Below are positions 51,809 through 64,000 of a DNA stretch of 64,000 nt, in pieces. How positions within the stretch are numbered: position 1 is the stretch's first letter; each line of letters starts with the position of its first letter. This DNA comes from Eledone cirrhosa (lineage: Eukaryota). Below the pieces are notes generated by a model. The model searched no databases and was not told where the DNA came from. It was given only the letters and a program-made list of their open reading frames with translations. The position numbers were made by a program, and so were the translations under genes. The stretch is from contig OZ024747.1 in NCBI GenBank assembly GCA_964016885.1, forward strand, positions 57,102,001 to 57,166,000, read 5' to 3'.

Positions 51809-52032
51809 CACACATATATACACGTATATATATATATATATGTATTTGTATTTATATATGTGTGTGCATATATATAAATATATATATGAATATATATATA
51901 TGTGTGTGCGTATATGTTAAGAAGTGCACGAAGCAGTTGAAGTGTATGATAAAGTTATATCTGTATATATACAGAGTGGGTAACTGAAACTGTGCCAATG
52001 CTTATATAAATATAAATATTATTTTATGTAGA

Positions 52033-52222
52033 TGGTGGATTGGCAGTATCGGTAGAGGTGGACGCCATGCTTTGACGTATAGAGTTACGGCCCTTGCCAT
52101 TCTGAGTTCAAATCCCGCCGAGGTTAACTTTGCCTTTCATCCTTACGGGGTCGATAAAATAAAGTACCAGTAATGCACTGGTTAATTTGCTGGCCTTGTG
52201 CCTAACGTAGAAACAATTATTT
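52033..52222 (+). mobile_element. SINE family 2, full length
   Basis: Matches 103-282. Further copies at 54368-54468 (-), 57375-57520 (+), 58213-58405 (+) and 59115-59340 (-). Confidence 0.85.
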
Positions 52223-52405
52223 TATGTAGACATCAATATGTAAATTCTATTTCGGTACTGAGTATTCTTTTTTCTCAGCTGTCAACTACATACATACACA
52301 TATACATATGTGTATGTATACATATATATATATATATATATATATATGTGCATATACATATATATAAAATGTGGGTAATATTAAATATTATCCAATTACA
52401 AGTAT

Positions 52406-52460
52406 TGATTACTCTGATGATTCCGGTCTGGTACTAGGATGAAATGATCGTAAGTGATCA
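52406..52460 (+). ncRNA. Type I hammerhead ribozyme, apparently intact
   Basis: UGAUUACU CUGAUGA U UCC-(12 nt)-GGA U GAAA UGAUCG UA AGUGAUCA: 8-bp stem I (one GU), GUA cleavage triplet. Confidence 0.8.
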
Positions 52461-52730
52461 GATGTTCTAAACACTCTTTGATTGTTCTTTATAAAGTATA
52501 TATATTTATGGATATATATATAAATATATATATGTATGTATGTAAAAGGTAAACAGAAATAACAACACAATTGGTACAGTATATGGAAGGGATATATTAG
52601 GTTAACGCTTGATATAGCAGAAATATATATATTTCTATATACGATATATTAACAAATGGAAACTATATTTCTATATATATATATTTCTATATATATATAT
52701 ACATAAATATATATATATATATATATATAC

Positions 52731-52769
<39 letters not shown>

Positions 52770-52891
52770 CAACAGTTTATATGGTTCGTTGATTATTCAA
52801 CAAATTCAATATTACAATAGATTAGAAGCTCTTGAAAAATTTATCTGGAGTATCTATAATATTCAAAATATTAATATTTATTAATATTTTG

Positions 52892-52946
<55 letters not shown>

Positions 52947-52989
52947 TGTTGCTGTGCTCATAATTGTTTTGGCATTAATACACTGATTG

Positions 52990-53470
52990 GATGCCGGTTA
53001 TATGATGCCTGTGTGAGGAGCGTGATGCTGCATGGTAGTGAGACATGGGCAGCAACTGCAGAGGATATGCAACGGCTGGAGAGAAATGAGGGAAACCTGC
53101 TCTGTTGGATGTGCAATGTCAACGTGCGTGAACGACCGAGCATGGATGTGTTGAGAGAGAAACTGTCTCTGAGTGGGATAGATTGTAGTGTGCGAGAGAG
53201 GAGACTGCTGTGGTATGGACATGTGATGCGCATGGAGGATGACCGATGGGTGAAGAAGTGCCAGGAAATGCCAGTTGAAGCAAAACATGGTAGAGGTAGA
53301 CCACAAAAACATGGGCGGAGGTAGTGAGAGCAGACCTCAGATCGCTGAAGGTCACGGGGGAGATGACGAAAGACCATGACAAGTAGAGAGATGCTGTGCT
53401 GAATAGGACCCGTCCCACCCTTGCAAGCAGGGAAAAGCAGACGTATAATGATGATGATGATGATGATGAT
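52990..53470 (+). mobile_element. RTE LINE (family A) 3' fragment
   Basis: [27 protein letters not shown]; same 3' end and (TGA)n tail. Confidence 0.9.
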
Positions 53471-53521
53471 ATATATATATATTTATGGATATATATATAC
53501 ATATACAAATATATATGTACA

Positions 53522-53562
<41 letters not shown>

Positions 53563-53863
53563 TCATGGATATATATATATATACATGGTAGCGTGGAAGA
53601 TGGATGTTAAACGAAGATGATGATGATGATATATATATATATATTAATATTTATTAATATTTTGAATATTATATATATATATACATATATATATATATTT
53701 ATGGATATATATATATACATATACAAATATATATGTACATATATATATATATCTATACATATACAAATATATATGTACATATATATATATATCTATACAT
53801 ATACAAATATATATGTACATACATATATATATCTATATATCTATACATATACAAATACATATC

Positions 53864-53930
<67 letters not shown>

Positions 53931-54049
53931 TCATGGATATATCTATACATATACAAATATATGTGTACATATATATATGTATATATATATATATATATTT
54001 ATGGATATATCTATACATATACAAATATATATGTACATATATATATATG

Positions 54050-54088
<39 letters not shown>

Positions 54089-54110
54089 TCATGTACAAAT
54101 ATATATGTAC

Positions 54111-54176
<66 letters not shown>

Positions 54177-54519
54177 ATATATATATACATATATATACAT
54201 ATATATATATTCATGGATATATATATATATATATGGATATATATATACATATATATACATATATATATATTCATGGATATATATATATATATGTATATTA
54301 TGTATGTGCATATATATACAGTGTCAAAAAATCTATTCACACTTTGATTACATGTATAATCATATATAATTGTTTCTACTTTTGGCACAAGGCCAGCAAA
54401 TACTGGTACTTTATTTTATCGACCCCGTAAGGATGAAAGGCAAAGTTAACCTCGGCGGGATTTGAATATGTGTATATTATTATCATGATATGAGCGTTTA
54501 TATATATATATGTATATTT

Positions 54520-54765
54520 TACTGGTACCACAAAACTTCCAGCCGACACTGTGAAGTGGACGTGTAAAAGACTCGGCAAAAGGTACCCAGAACACTCTGT
54601 AAATGTGGTTGGCGTTAGGAAGGGCATCCAGCCATAGAAAACAAGCCAGAAACTCTCTTGTATGAGAGAGACACGGTCACTCGACCCAACTTGTCTCCAA
54701 ATGGGACAAACCCGTCTATCCCATGCTAGCGTGGAAGATAGACATTAATCGATGATGATGATTAT
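54520..54765 (+). mobile_element. RTE 3'UTR/SINE-tail fragment
   Basis: GTTGGCGTTAGGAAGGGCATCCAGCC module and CCCATGCTAGCGTGG..(GAT)n end. Confidence 0.75.
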
Positions 54766-54823
54766 ATATATATATGGGAAAAAAAGAACGTAAAATGATG
54801 ATGATGATATATGTGTGAGTGTG

Positions 54824-54896
<73 letters not shown>

Positions 54897-55446
54897 CACG
54901 AAACGTTTATTCATAAACGTGGGCGAGAGAGAAACAGGGAGATAAGAATTATGGTAAGGAGCCTGCAGAACATAATATACTCTGAATATCCCATCAACAA
55001 ATAGTTCTACAAACACGAAGATTTATTTTTCAAAAACCTGGTTAACATAATGCAAGAGGAGATAACTCTCTTTTCTTTGTCACAATCTCGTCTTCTGTAT
55101 TTCAATATTTCGTTAAATTAACATTCGTAAATATCCAAGATTATATATAAAAAACTTAGTTCATTAAGCAAATATATTTTAGTAGAGAATATGAGTTGGA
55201 GGTAGTTGAACGAATAAAATATTATATTCAACTATTTTTCTCATCCAATTTTCGTTTTAGATCCAAGAGTAGATAACTCTTTTCTTGGTAATTCTTTGTC
55301 AATTCGATATCCTAGTCGTCGTCGTCGTCGTAGAGTTTGCTATCCCACTAAGTGTTTTAGTAATGAAAAAACATGTAGCATGACTTATAAACGAGGTTTT
55401 TTTTTCATTTCTACATACAAACACAAGCGCGCACGCACACACAGGC

Positions 55447-55520
<74 letters not shown>

Positions 55521-55541
55521 TACATATATACATATATATAT

Positions 55542-55596
<55 letters not shown>

Positions 55597-55601
55597 TATA
55601 T

Positions 55602-55634
<33 letters not shown>

Positions 55635-55653
55635 TATATATATTTATATATAT

Positions 55654-55697
<44 letters not shown>

Positions 55698-55849
55698 GCA
55701 TACATACATTTTTTCTGTCTTCCCATTAATGTTTTTCCACAGTCTCCTCGTTTCCGAGTATGGCCATTGCACGATATACCATTATTAATAATTATTAATT
55801 ATTTTTATCATGCAATGCCTGTGCGTGAAAATATTTTTTAAAGTGAGGA

Positions 55850-56310
55850 AAGACTGTGCACTGAGCCAATCCCACTCTCTGAGCAACAGTAGCTATAACC
55901 CGAAAAGACGAAAACATCAACATCATCGGTAACTACTGAGCCGCAGGTTTTATATCGGATTTATCCCAGTTTCCTGAGTTTCCTTCTCATCGACGAATAC
56001 CCTGACAAAGGCTAGGGGTCCTTCACTCCCAGTGGTTTAACTGCGTGATCGGGTGTCTAGCCCGACTATTTCTATGTCCTCGCGCATATACATACACATG
56101 CACCCATGCATATACACATATACATACATATGTACATGTGTGTATACATATTTGCACACTTTTGGATGGCCGTTGACCCTTATGAGTTCTTCCGCTCTTT
56201 GTCAGGTTTTGTTTTTTGTCCTGCAGGGTGTCCAAAATCACCCTCCTCACCAAGTAAACTTGGTGTGGTTGCCGGTTTAGTCGCCGACGACCCGACCATG
56301 CGACAGGTTG
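55850..56310 (-). mobile_element. Probable RTE 5'UTR-derived fragments
   Basis: TTTCCTTCTC..ACAAAGGCTAGGGGTC shared with 35660-35815; resembles RTE 5'UTR-derived repeats from recall only. Confidence 0.4.
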
Positions 56311-56343
56311 ACATATATATATATACATACATACATATGTATA

Positions 56344-56675
56344 TGGCTTAGTGGTTAGAGCATTGGCCTTGCAATCGAAAGGTTGTGAGTTCAATTCTCA
56401 GACCGGGTGATGTGTTGTTTCCTTGAGCAAGACACTTTATTTCACATTGCTCCAGTTTACTCAGCTGTAGAAATAAGATGATAGGGACTGGGGTCCCTAT
56501 CATTCCACTGCAAAGTGGTCGTGGAGGTGCCACGGCAAAAAAGCAGCCAGCACTCTCTGTAAATGAGGTTGGTGTTAGGAAGGGCATCCAGCTGTATAAA
56601 TCAAGCCAGAATCAGTTCCCGTCCCACCCATGCAAGCAGGGAAAAGCAGACGTAAAATGATGATGATGATGATGA
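56344..56675 (+). mobile_element. Full-length tRNA/CORE SINE (family 1)
   Basis: Near-identical to 19854-20190; (TA)n-like flanks. Confidence 0.85.
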
Positions 56676-57011
56676 TATATATATACAAATATCCATATAT
56701 ATATATATATGTGTGTATGGTGGTGGTGGCTGAAGGTGGAGGCTTATGTTTTGTTACTGTTGCCACTGTTCATCTTCTCCTAAATGTTTCTATTTTTGAT
56801 TAGTTGTGACTGTTGCTTTGATGAGTGTTGTTGTTGCAGTTGTTACATTAGACCTATGATCAAAGGTATATCAACTATCGCTATCCCATCTATATCATCA
56901 TCATCATCATCATCATCATCACTGTTTAACATCCATTTTGCACTCTAGCATGGGTTAGATATATACATATATATACATAGAAACATATTATATATACACA
57001 ATATTATATAT

Positions 57012-57084
<73 letters not shown>

Positions 57085-57139
57085 CACACACACATATACA
57101 TATATATATATATATGTATATATAAATATACACACACAC

Positions 57140-57188
<49 letters not shown>

Positions 57189-57191
57189 CAC

Positions 57192-57230
<39 letters not shown>

Positions 57231-57233
57231 CAC

Positions 57234-57295
<62 letters not shown>

Positions 57296-57514
57296 GATTT
57301 TGCTGCTACTTTTAGTAGGTTGTGGAATCATACACAGGCTCACGCGCTGACTCACTATTTTTGTTAAACTGCTGTGGTTTTCGTTCTAGCTATTAACATT
57401 CTGAGTTCAAATCCTGCCAAGGTCTACTTCGCCTTTCATCTTTCCTGGGTCGATAAAATGAAGTACCAGTCTCATACTAGGGTCGCTATAATGGACTTTC
57501 TCCTGCCCAAAAAT

Positions 57515-58150
57515 TGTTGGGATGTGGTAATAAAAACTGACCTTGCACAATTACACCTCACCAAGGCGATGACACAGGACCACGACCACTGGCGCTATGC
57601 AGTACTACAGAGGGCCTGCCCTCCCGTATGCTTGAGCTGAGACATATATCTAATGGGCAACACCTTCTTCTACCATCTTCCCTCCCATACACCTTCCTTT
57701 GCTGTATCAATCCCTCACCTATTACCTACATCCTCAATTTCCTCAAGCTTCTTCCCCCACACTTCCTAGTTCCCGTCCCTCACCACAAGCTTCTTCCGCC
57801 ACCCTCTCTAGATCCCATCCCACACCATGAAGTGGCCTCCCTTGAGCTTCAACAAAAGTGCCCAGCCCTCACTGTATAGTGGTCATGCTGGTGTCAAGAC
57901 AAAAGAGCCCAGTCCACACTGTAATGTGGTCATGTAGGAGTCACAACATTAAGTGCCTAGCACACTCTATAAATGTGGTTGGCATTAGGAAGGACATCCA
58001 GGTGTAGAAACCCAGCCAAAATCAACCCCAGGTGAGCAAAACACGGTCCTCTGACCGGATTCTCTCCCAAAGGGTCAGCCCATCCTACCCATGTTAGCGT
58101 GGAAAATGGATGTTAAACAATGATGATGATAGTGATGATGATGATGGTGA
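57515..58150 (+). mobile_element. Old RTE (family B) 3' end with 3'UTR
   Basis: WDVVIKTDLAQLHLTKAMTQDHDHWRYAV; three module copies; (GAT)n tail. Confidence 0.8.
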
Positions 58151-59959
58151 TGAAGACAACTAGTGTGGAGAAATAGACGTTAAACGGTGATGATGATGGT
58201 TGTTCTTAGAGCAGTGGATTGGCAGTATTGCTAGAGCATCAGATACCATGTTTTCGGCATAGAGTTACAGCTCTTTACATTCAGATTTTGAGTTCTGCCA
58301 AGATTAACTTTGCCTTTCATCCTTATAGAGTTGATAAAATAAAGTACCCAGTAATGCACTGGGGTCGATTTAACCCTGTGCCTAAATCAGAAACCACTAT
58401 TATCTTTGTTGTTGTAGTTATTTTTGTTTTTCTTTTCATTAGTTTTGTCTGAAGGAAGGATCTGTGAGAGTGGTGCAGTTACAAGGTTAAAGATTACAGG
58501 AAAGATTTGTTGAGATGGAACTCCAGAGAGTCAATGGCATCAATAGCAGATTAAAGCAGGAGTGTTGAGGGAGGGGGGTTGCTGGCTTTACATTCTAGCA
58601 ATAATTAGAGGTGCCCAAATTAATTATTCTGCTACCATGAATAAACCGCAAGGGCTTTGATTTTAATTTTCTGCACACTTAATCCTCCTCTGGATGGACA
58701 CTATAAATGACAAGAGGATGAGGGACAAGTGGGTTGGGAGAGCTTGTGTGGAATTAGAACTAAGAGCAGCTATGTTTTGAGGAGCAGAGGTCACTGTAGT
58801 AGAGGTAAAAAGAGATACAGCTGTTGACATTACACCTGTGAGCCAGAAGCTGGAGTATATTATTGGTGAGTGACATCATGTTAATCAATCAGGTGGTCCT
58901 GTTTTGAATGCAGTTTAACATTTCTGTGAGTTCCACAGTGAGGATCAGGAAAACCAACTGGATGGAAAATAAAGTCATGAGGAAAAAAATCTCATCTTTC
59001 ATTAAATATCATATCCAACTGGGCTGGAACTCATCAAATTGGACCAAGGTCTAAATGTTTCCATTGGTCTTTTCATTACTGATATTATCTACCGGCTAGA
59101 ACTCCTGGCATAAATAATAGTTTCTGATTTTAGGCACAAGGTGAACAATTTTTGGGGAGGGGAAAGTCGATTGAATCAAGTCCAGTGCATTACTGGTGCT
59201 TTATGTCATCAACGCCATAAGGATGAAAGGCAAATCTAACCTTGGCAGGATTTGAACTCAGAACTTAAAGGGCCATAACCATATGCCACAAAGCATGTTG
59301 TCTGATGTTATACCAATACTGCCAATCCACTGCCCTTGCATAAATAATGGCAAACATTATTAAACAAATAAGTGCAGGTGTGGTCAAGGTTTTCACTTTA
59401 TAACCACATGGTTTCAAGTTTGATCCCACTGTGTAGCACCTTGGTCAACTGTCTTCACCAAGGTTCACCAATGCCTTGTGAGGGAAATTTGGTAGATGGA
59501 TACTGTACTAAAGCCCACCATATGTGTGTCTGTCTGCTTGTACACACACAAACAAACAATACAAAAAAGAAACTGATAGACACAAATGTGTATACACATA
59601 CACATACTCATATAAACACATACATGCACGTACACACACAAAAAATCTACATAAAAATTCACAGACACATGCAGACATGTACATGCATACTTCCATCAAT
59701 GATACACAAATCACACATACAGAAGCAATAATGCATATCCATGAAATACACTCCATCTACACACACACAAGAACACCCATGACAACCCTGGATTCGCCAC
59801 CTAGGTCCTCTTTGCCAACCACACCCAGGCTTCTCAAAATGTGTTTTTCCAAACGCTGACATCCTAACCAGAAAATATGTGGGTGTTAAAAACACCAATT
59901 GCATTTTCTAATCCAAAACCTTTCTCTATATTCCTACTCGCATGGAAACCAATTTCCAA

Positions 59960-60105
59960 ATATTTTCATTTAAGACAAAAACCAAACAGGAAAGCTTGAA
60001 GGAAATGTTGAAACTGTGGTATGAAAAACCATTGCTTGGGCAATACCCCAAATGAACTGGGGAAGCTGGTGTAGATATGAAACTATCAAGCAATTATCTT
60101 GCACA
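59960..60105 (+). pseudogene. Possible Dong/R4 LINE fragment
   Basis: KQESLKEMLKLWYEKPLLGQYPK*TGEAGVD resembles the W..KPLHGQY motif of R4/Dong ORFs. Confidence 0.45.
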
Positions 60106-60744
60106 ATGAATCAGTTCTAGTCCCGTAGAAGTCATTTCTATAATGAAATGAATATTCTTATACCCTACTAACGTATTGAGTACAATTTTTGGCAGTGGTT
60201 GGCTTCCAATTTACATTGGGATCCTATATGTATATATGTATATGGGTCTTATTCGACACCTTCATTTAAGTATTATTATATACATGTGTGTGTGCGTGTG
60301 TGTGTAAGTAGCTAGAGAGAGAGAGAGAGAGAGAGAGAAGGATGAAAGACTCAAAAGATTCACAGACATGTATATGTGCACATACATACATACATAGAAC
60401 CACTCTTCTACACAATATCATGTGAGATATGTATGTGTAAGCTGGTTAGTTTAATACACACACACACAAACACACATACGCACTCACACACACCACACAC
60501 ACACTCACTCACGCAACCATACCCAAACTGGTGATATTTTTTTTTATGCAGCAGTGCAGCAGCCCTCATATATATTTATAGCAGTGACTTTAGGGTCCAC
60601 TAACAAGATGCCCACTCAATTTATTTCCTTTCTTTTAAGGTCCACAGTCATCAGTGAGTGAGATCACAAAGTCTTGGAGTCACTGAACCAAAAGTAGCCA
60701 AACAGCCATAAAATTGCACATTTTCACTGCCCCACCTTCATCTC

Positions 60745-60803
<59 letters not shown>

Positions 60804-60894
60804 TTCTGGCTCTCTCTACACACTTTCTTATATTCTCTTCTCTTTTTTACCCATTTTGCTTTTACTTTTCTTGCTTTAGTTTGTGTGGGTGAGA

Positions 60895-60987
<93 letters not shown>

Positions 60988-61013
60988 ATGTGTGTATAAT
61001 ATATATATGTATA

Positions 61014-61080
<67 letters not shown>

Positions 61081-61094
61081 ATAATATATATATG

Positions 61095-61169
<75 letters not shown>

Positions 61170-61759
61170 TGTACATCATTTATAAAATTTTCTATAGTTA
61201 TCAATAATAGTTTTTGTTTATTTCTTTTAGAATTATTTTCCTTGTTTGTTTTTCATTATCACATCATTTCAAACTGTCCTCCCTTTTCATTAATCTCTCA
61301 CCACCCCTTTTACTTCTTTTACCTCTTACTGTTTCTCTCACATCATTTTCCTCCCCCAATCTTCTCTCTTACCCTTTACCTCTCACCTTTCTCCCACCAC
61401 CATCTTCCTCATCCTTCACATCCTACTGTCCTCTCTCATTTCCATTTCATGCTTTGAATATATATATAAAAAAAAAACAATGAAAACAAAACAATATATC
61501 TCTCACGCACATATACACAGCATTCCCACCTACTCTACTCTCACACCATACCGCAAGCCAGCAAGGGAGATTCTATGAAGCCGTTTGACCTGCTAGAAAT
61601 AGTAGCTTCACATCATACCTTTAGTTATATATTTTTAGAAAAAAAAAAATGGATTGTAAGTCAACAAAATCTATCAACTATTTCTAGTGATCCGGCCAAG
61701 CATTTGAAGGAATTTATTTTGTTTTGTTACTGCTGGTTACTTCTGTACATCTCGTCCCT

Positions 61760-62000
61760 TAATAATAATGAAAATTATTGTGTACAGTGCTCAGGTGCAC
61801 TATAACTCATCAAAAGTACATGTATAGTACATAGAATAATGTACAAATGTCAGGAAAGTGAACAGTGTAGGAGTCATGATATACACACAGATGCACACAT
61901 GCATGCAAGTGTATGGAGGGAGAATAACAGGTGTAGTGTTGGCAAATTTCAGGAATCATGGAAGTTTTGAAGGATGCAGTGTCCTGACAGCCAACAACTT
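61760..62000 (-). mobile_element. CR1-like 3' end, unexpanded relative of the satellite-bearing copy
   Basis: ATTATTGTGTACAGTGCTCAGGTGCA..TATAGTACATAGAATAATGTACAAATGTCAGGAA..GAAGGATGCAGTGTCCTGA. Confidence 0.8.
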
Positions 62001-62519
62001 AAAGTCTTGGAGGCTATATTGTTTTCTGATTTTGTAAGTATGTTCACGGGTGTTAGACATATGGAATTCAAATGTATGCTTGCAAGACATAAGAAAAGAT
62101 CAACAGAATCTGTAGAACATCAAATGTCTTCTTTCCCAGAGTCTCCATTAGGAATACATTATGTTGGTCTGAACACATCCTGAATGAAGAGGTCATGGAA
62201 ACAGTCAAGCTGATTCATCTACATAATGCCATCACTGTAAGATGGCTGGCAGTGCTTGGCCATAGACCATATTCTATGTATGTCCATGAAATAACCAATG
62301 AAAGTCTTTTTTGAATGGAAATTGAAAGGGGACAGAGCATAGAAGTGAAGGCAACCCTGGTTAAAGTCTGTGAAGGAGGACTTTGTAAGTGTTGGTTTGA
62401 CCTGGCAGCAGATCCATGACAGAGCTTGTGACCATGTGGAATGGAGATCTCTCATCACCCAGTGCTCTATACAGAAAAAAAGGAACTAAAGAAAAAGAAA
62501 ATGTTTGTGTATTCTTATT

Positions 62520-62880
62520 ACTCTTATATGTCACATAAAGTGTCTGTCAGCTGGCCTGTGATCCCATTACACCTTTTATACATCCATTGTTTATACTGGC
62601 TGAACTGTACAGAATTTCTACACTCTCCTTTCCTGCATATCAAGCGTGGCCACTTTCCATGGGGCAGTAGCATCTTTCACACTTACAGAAACCTTTAATC
62701 CTTGCTAAGTTTACTTTGAGGTCTGTGAATTCTAAGTTATGTTTCCTGGGCAGGAATTATGTATATAGATTTACTACAAATTGAGCTATAACATCTAAGT
62801 TATTGGCATAAAGAATTCCTAACAGACAGCCAGACTTAACCTATTCTGTTATGGCCTGGTAGACTATGATAATTTAGTGG
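62520..62880 (-). pseudogene. Degenerate RTE RT/PHD fragment
   Basis: Aligns by eye with 26100-26430 (GKWP..C.KG..NS..C.Q..W..K.C.GI). Confidence 0.7.
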
Positions 62881-62886
62881 GTTTAA

Positions 62887-63106
62887 CCCTTTAACATTTA
62901 AGCCGGCCATAACCAGCCAGAATTCCCTTACCTCTTTCTGTTCAAACTGGCTGTAACTAGCCACTCATGTCTAGGTTAAGGTATTGTTCTCAAAATAAAT
63001 AATATCAAAATCTCATAGATTCAATATTATGTGAGATATTATGTAAGCTAAAACCTTTACTGTGAAAATACAATAATAAACATAAAGTAATGTAAATGCT
63101 AAAGGG
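62887..63106. mobile_element. piggyBac-like MITE (220 bp)
   Basis: TTAA on both sides; TIRs CCCTTTAACATTTA / TAAATGCTAAAGGG (13/14 match). Confidence 0.85.
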
Positions 63107-64000
63107 TTAATAATTAAATTGTTAAACATCTTTGCCATGTACTCTCAGATCTTGAATTATTCCCCCCTCCTCCGCTTATTAATTTTTCAGATATTTTCCA
63201 ACCCCAAGTTTATATTCCAATACAACCCCTGCTTATTAAAGTTTGCTAATCTATCTTCGGCGAAATTTTATTGTAAGTGATTCATATTGATACAGCAGCT
63301 GGAGTATCTAATAATAATTTTATTTTATATTAAAAAAAAAAACATTATATATGACAAAAAAGAACATTACAAAAAGTCCCATATTTACGAATATACACTA
63401 TACAATTACTGCCCTCCGTTTATTCCTAGCCACCCCACTTATAAGAATTTAAGCAAATGTCCAACCCCCCTATCATTTGGGACCCAAAGAGTGGAAATAT
63501 CCAAAGGGGTGAAGAAGACCCAGTGGTGTTATGACCTGCCACATAATTTGGCTAGGGTGAATGTGGACTGTATAGTAGAAAATGTATGATTAGTAACCTT
63601 TTTAAAAGTGGTCAGAACAAAAATTGTCAAAATCTATATTTGTGAACTTACGAAACTGTAAGTTGAAATTGCTATATTTAGGAGAATGGGTCACATAAGT
63701 GGAAGAAGGAGGCACATATAGTGGAACTAGAGTGAGGCACAGAATACCATGGTATCGGCTGTGCTGGCATATATTTCACCAAGACCACACAAAATAAACA
63801 ATCTTTGAATTCTGAGCACAATATAGAAACAGAATTAACTAATATGTTACCAAATATATATTTAAAAAAAATATTTATGATATTCAAATAATATTTTAAG
63901 TAATCAGGAATTTGGAGGGATTTAGTAATATAACAAATTTTTTCATTATTAAGCTGGAGTTTGGAACATAATATATATTAACACAGGTTCATATATAAAA

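Noticed and set aside
56160-56310. HDV-like ribozyme in an RTE 5'UTR-like fragment
   Set aside because: Could not build the nested P1/P1.1/P2/P3 pseudoknot by eye on either strand.
63140-63495. Possible MITE with TACTCT..AGAGTG ends
   Set aside because: TIR match is too weak, with no clear TSD or second copy.

Overview
Eukaryotic, very AT-rich and repeat-dominated DNA. It is most consistent with an octopus/coleoid cephalopod genome, inferred from the SINE/LINE repertoire and the density of (TA)n arrays. Nearly all ORF-track entries are microsatellite artefacts. Real content: (1) one 5'-truncated but uninterrupted RTE-clade LINE ORF (25393-28074, minus; APE C-terminal half, RT and an embedded C4HC3 PHD-type finger) plus many RTE, CR1-like, Dong/R4-like and Penelope-like fragments; (2) two tRNA-headed SINE families, one ending in the exact 3' end of the RTE; (3) a hAT-type and two piggyBac-type MITEs; (4) a 47-bp x ~66 satellite born inside a CR1-like 3' end whose unexpanded copy is also in the window; (5) an ~8-kb compound minisatellite block; (6) five phase-compatible minus-strand exon candidates of an unrecognised host gene with in-frame stops. 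The most striking signal is about ten minimal type I hammerhead ribozyme motifs from at least six sequence families. They sit in short non-coding, (TA)n-embedded Penelope-like elements, several of which form long fold-back palindromes. All folds and alignments were done by eye and no database searches were possible.
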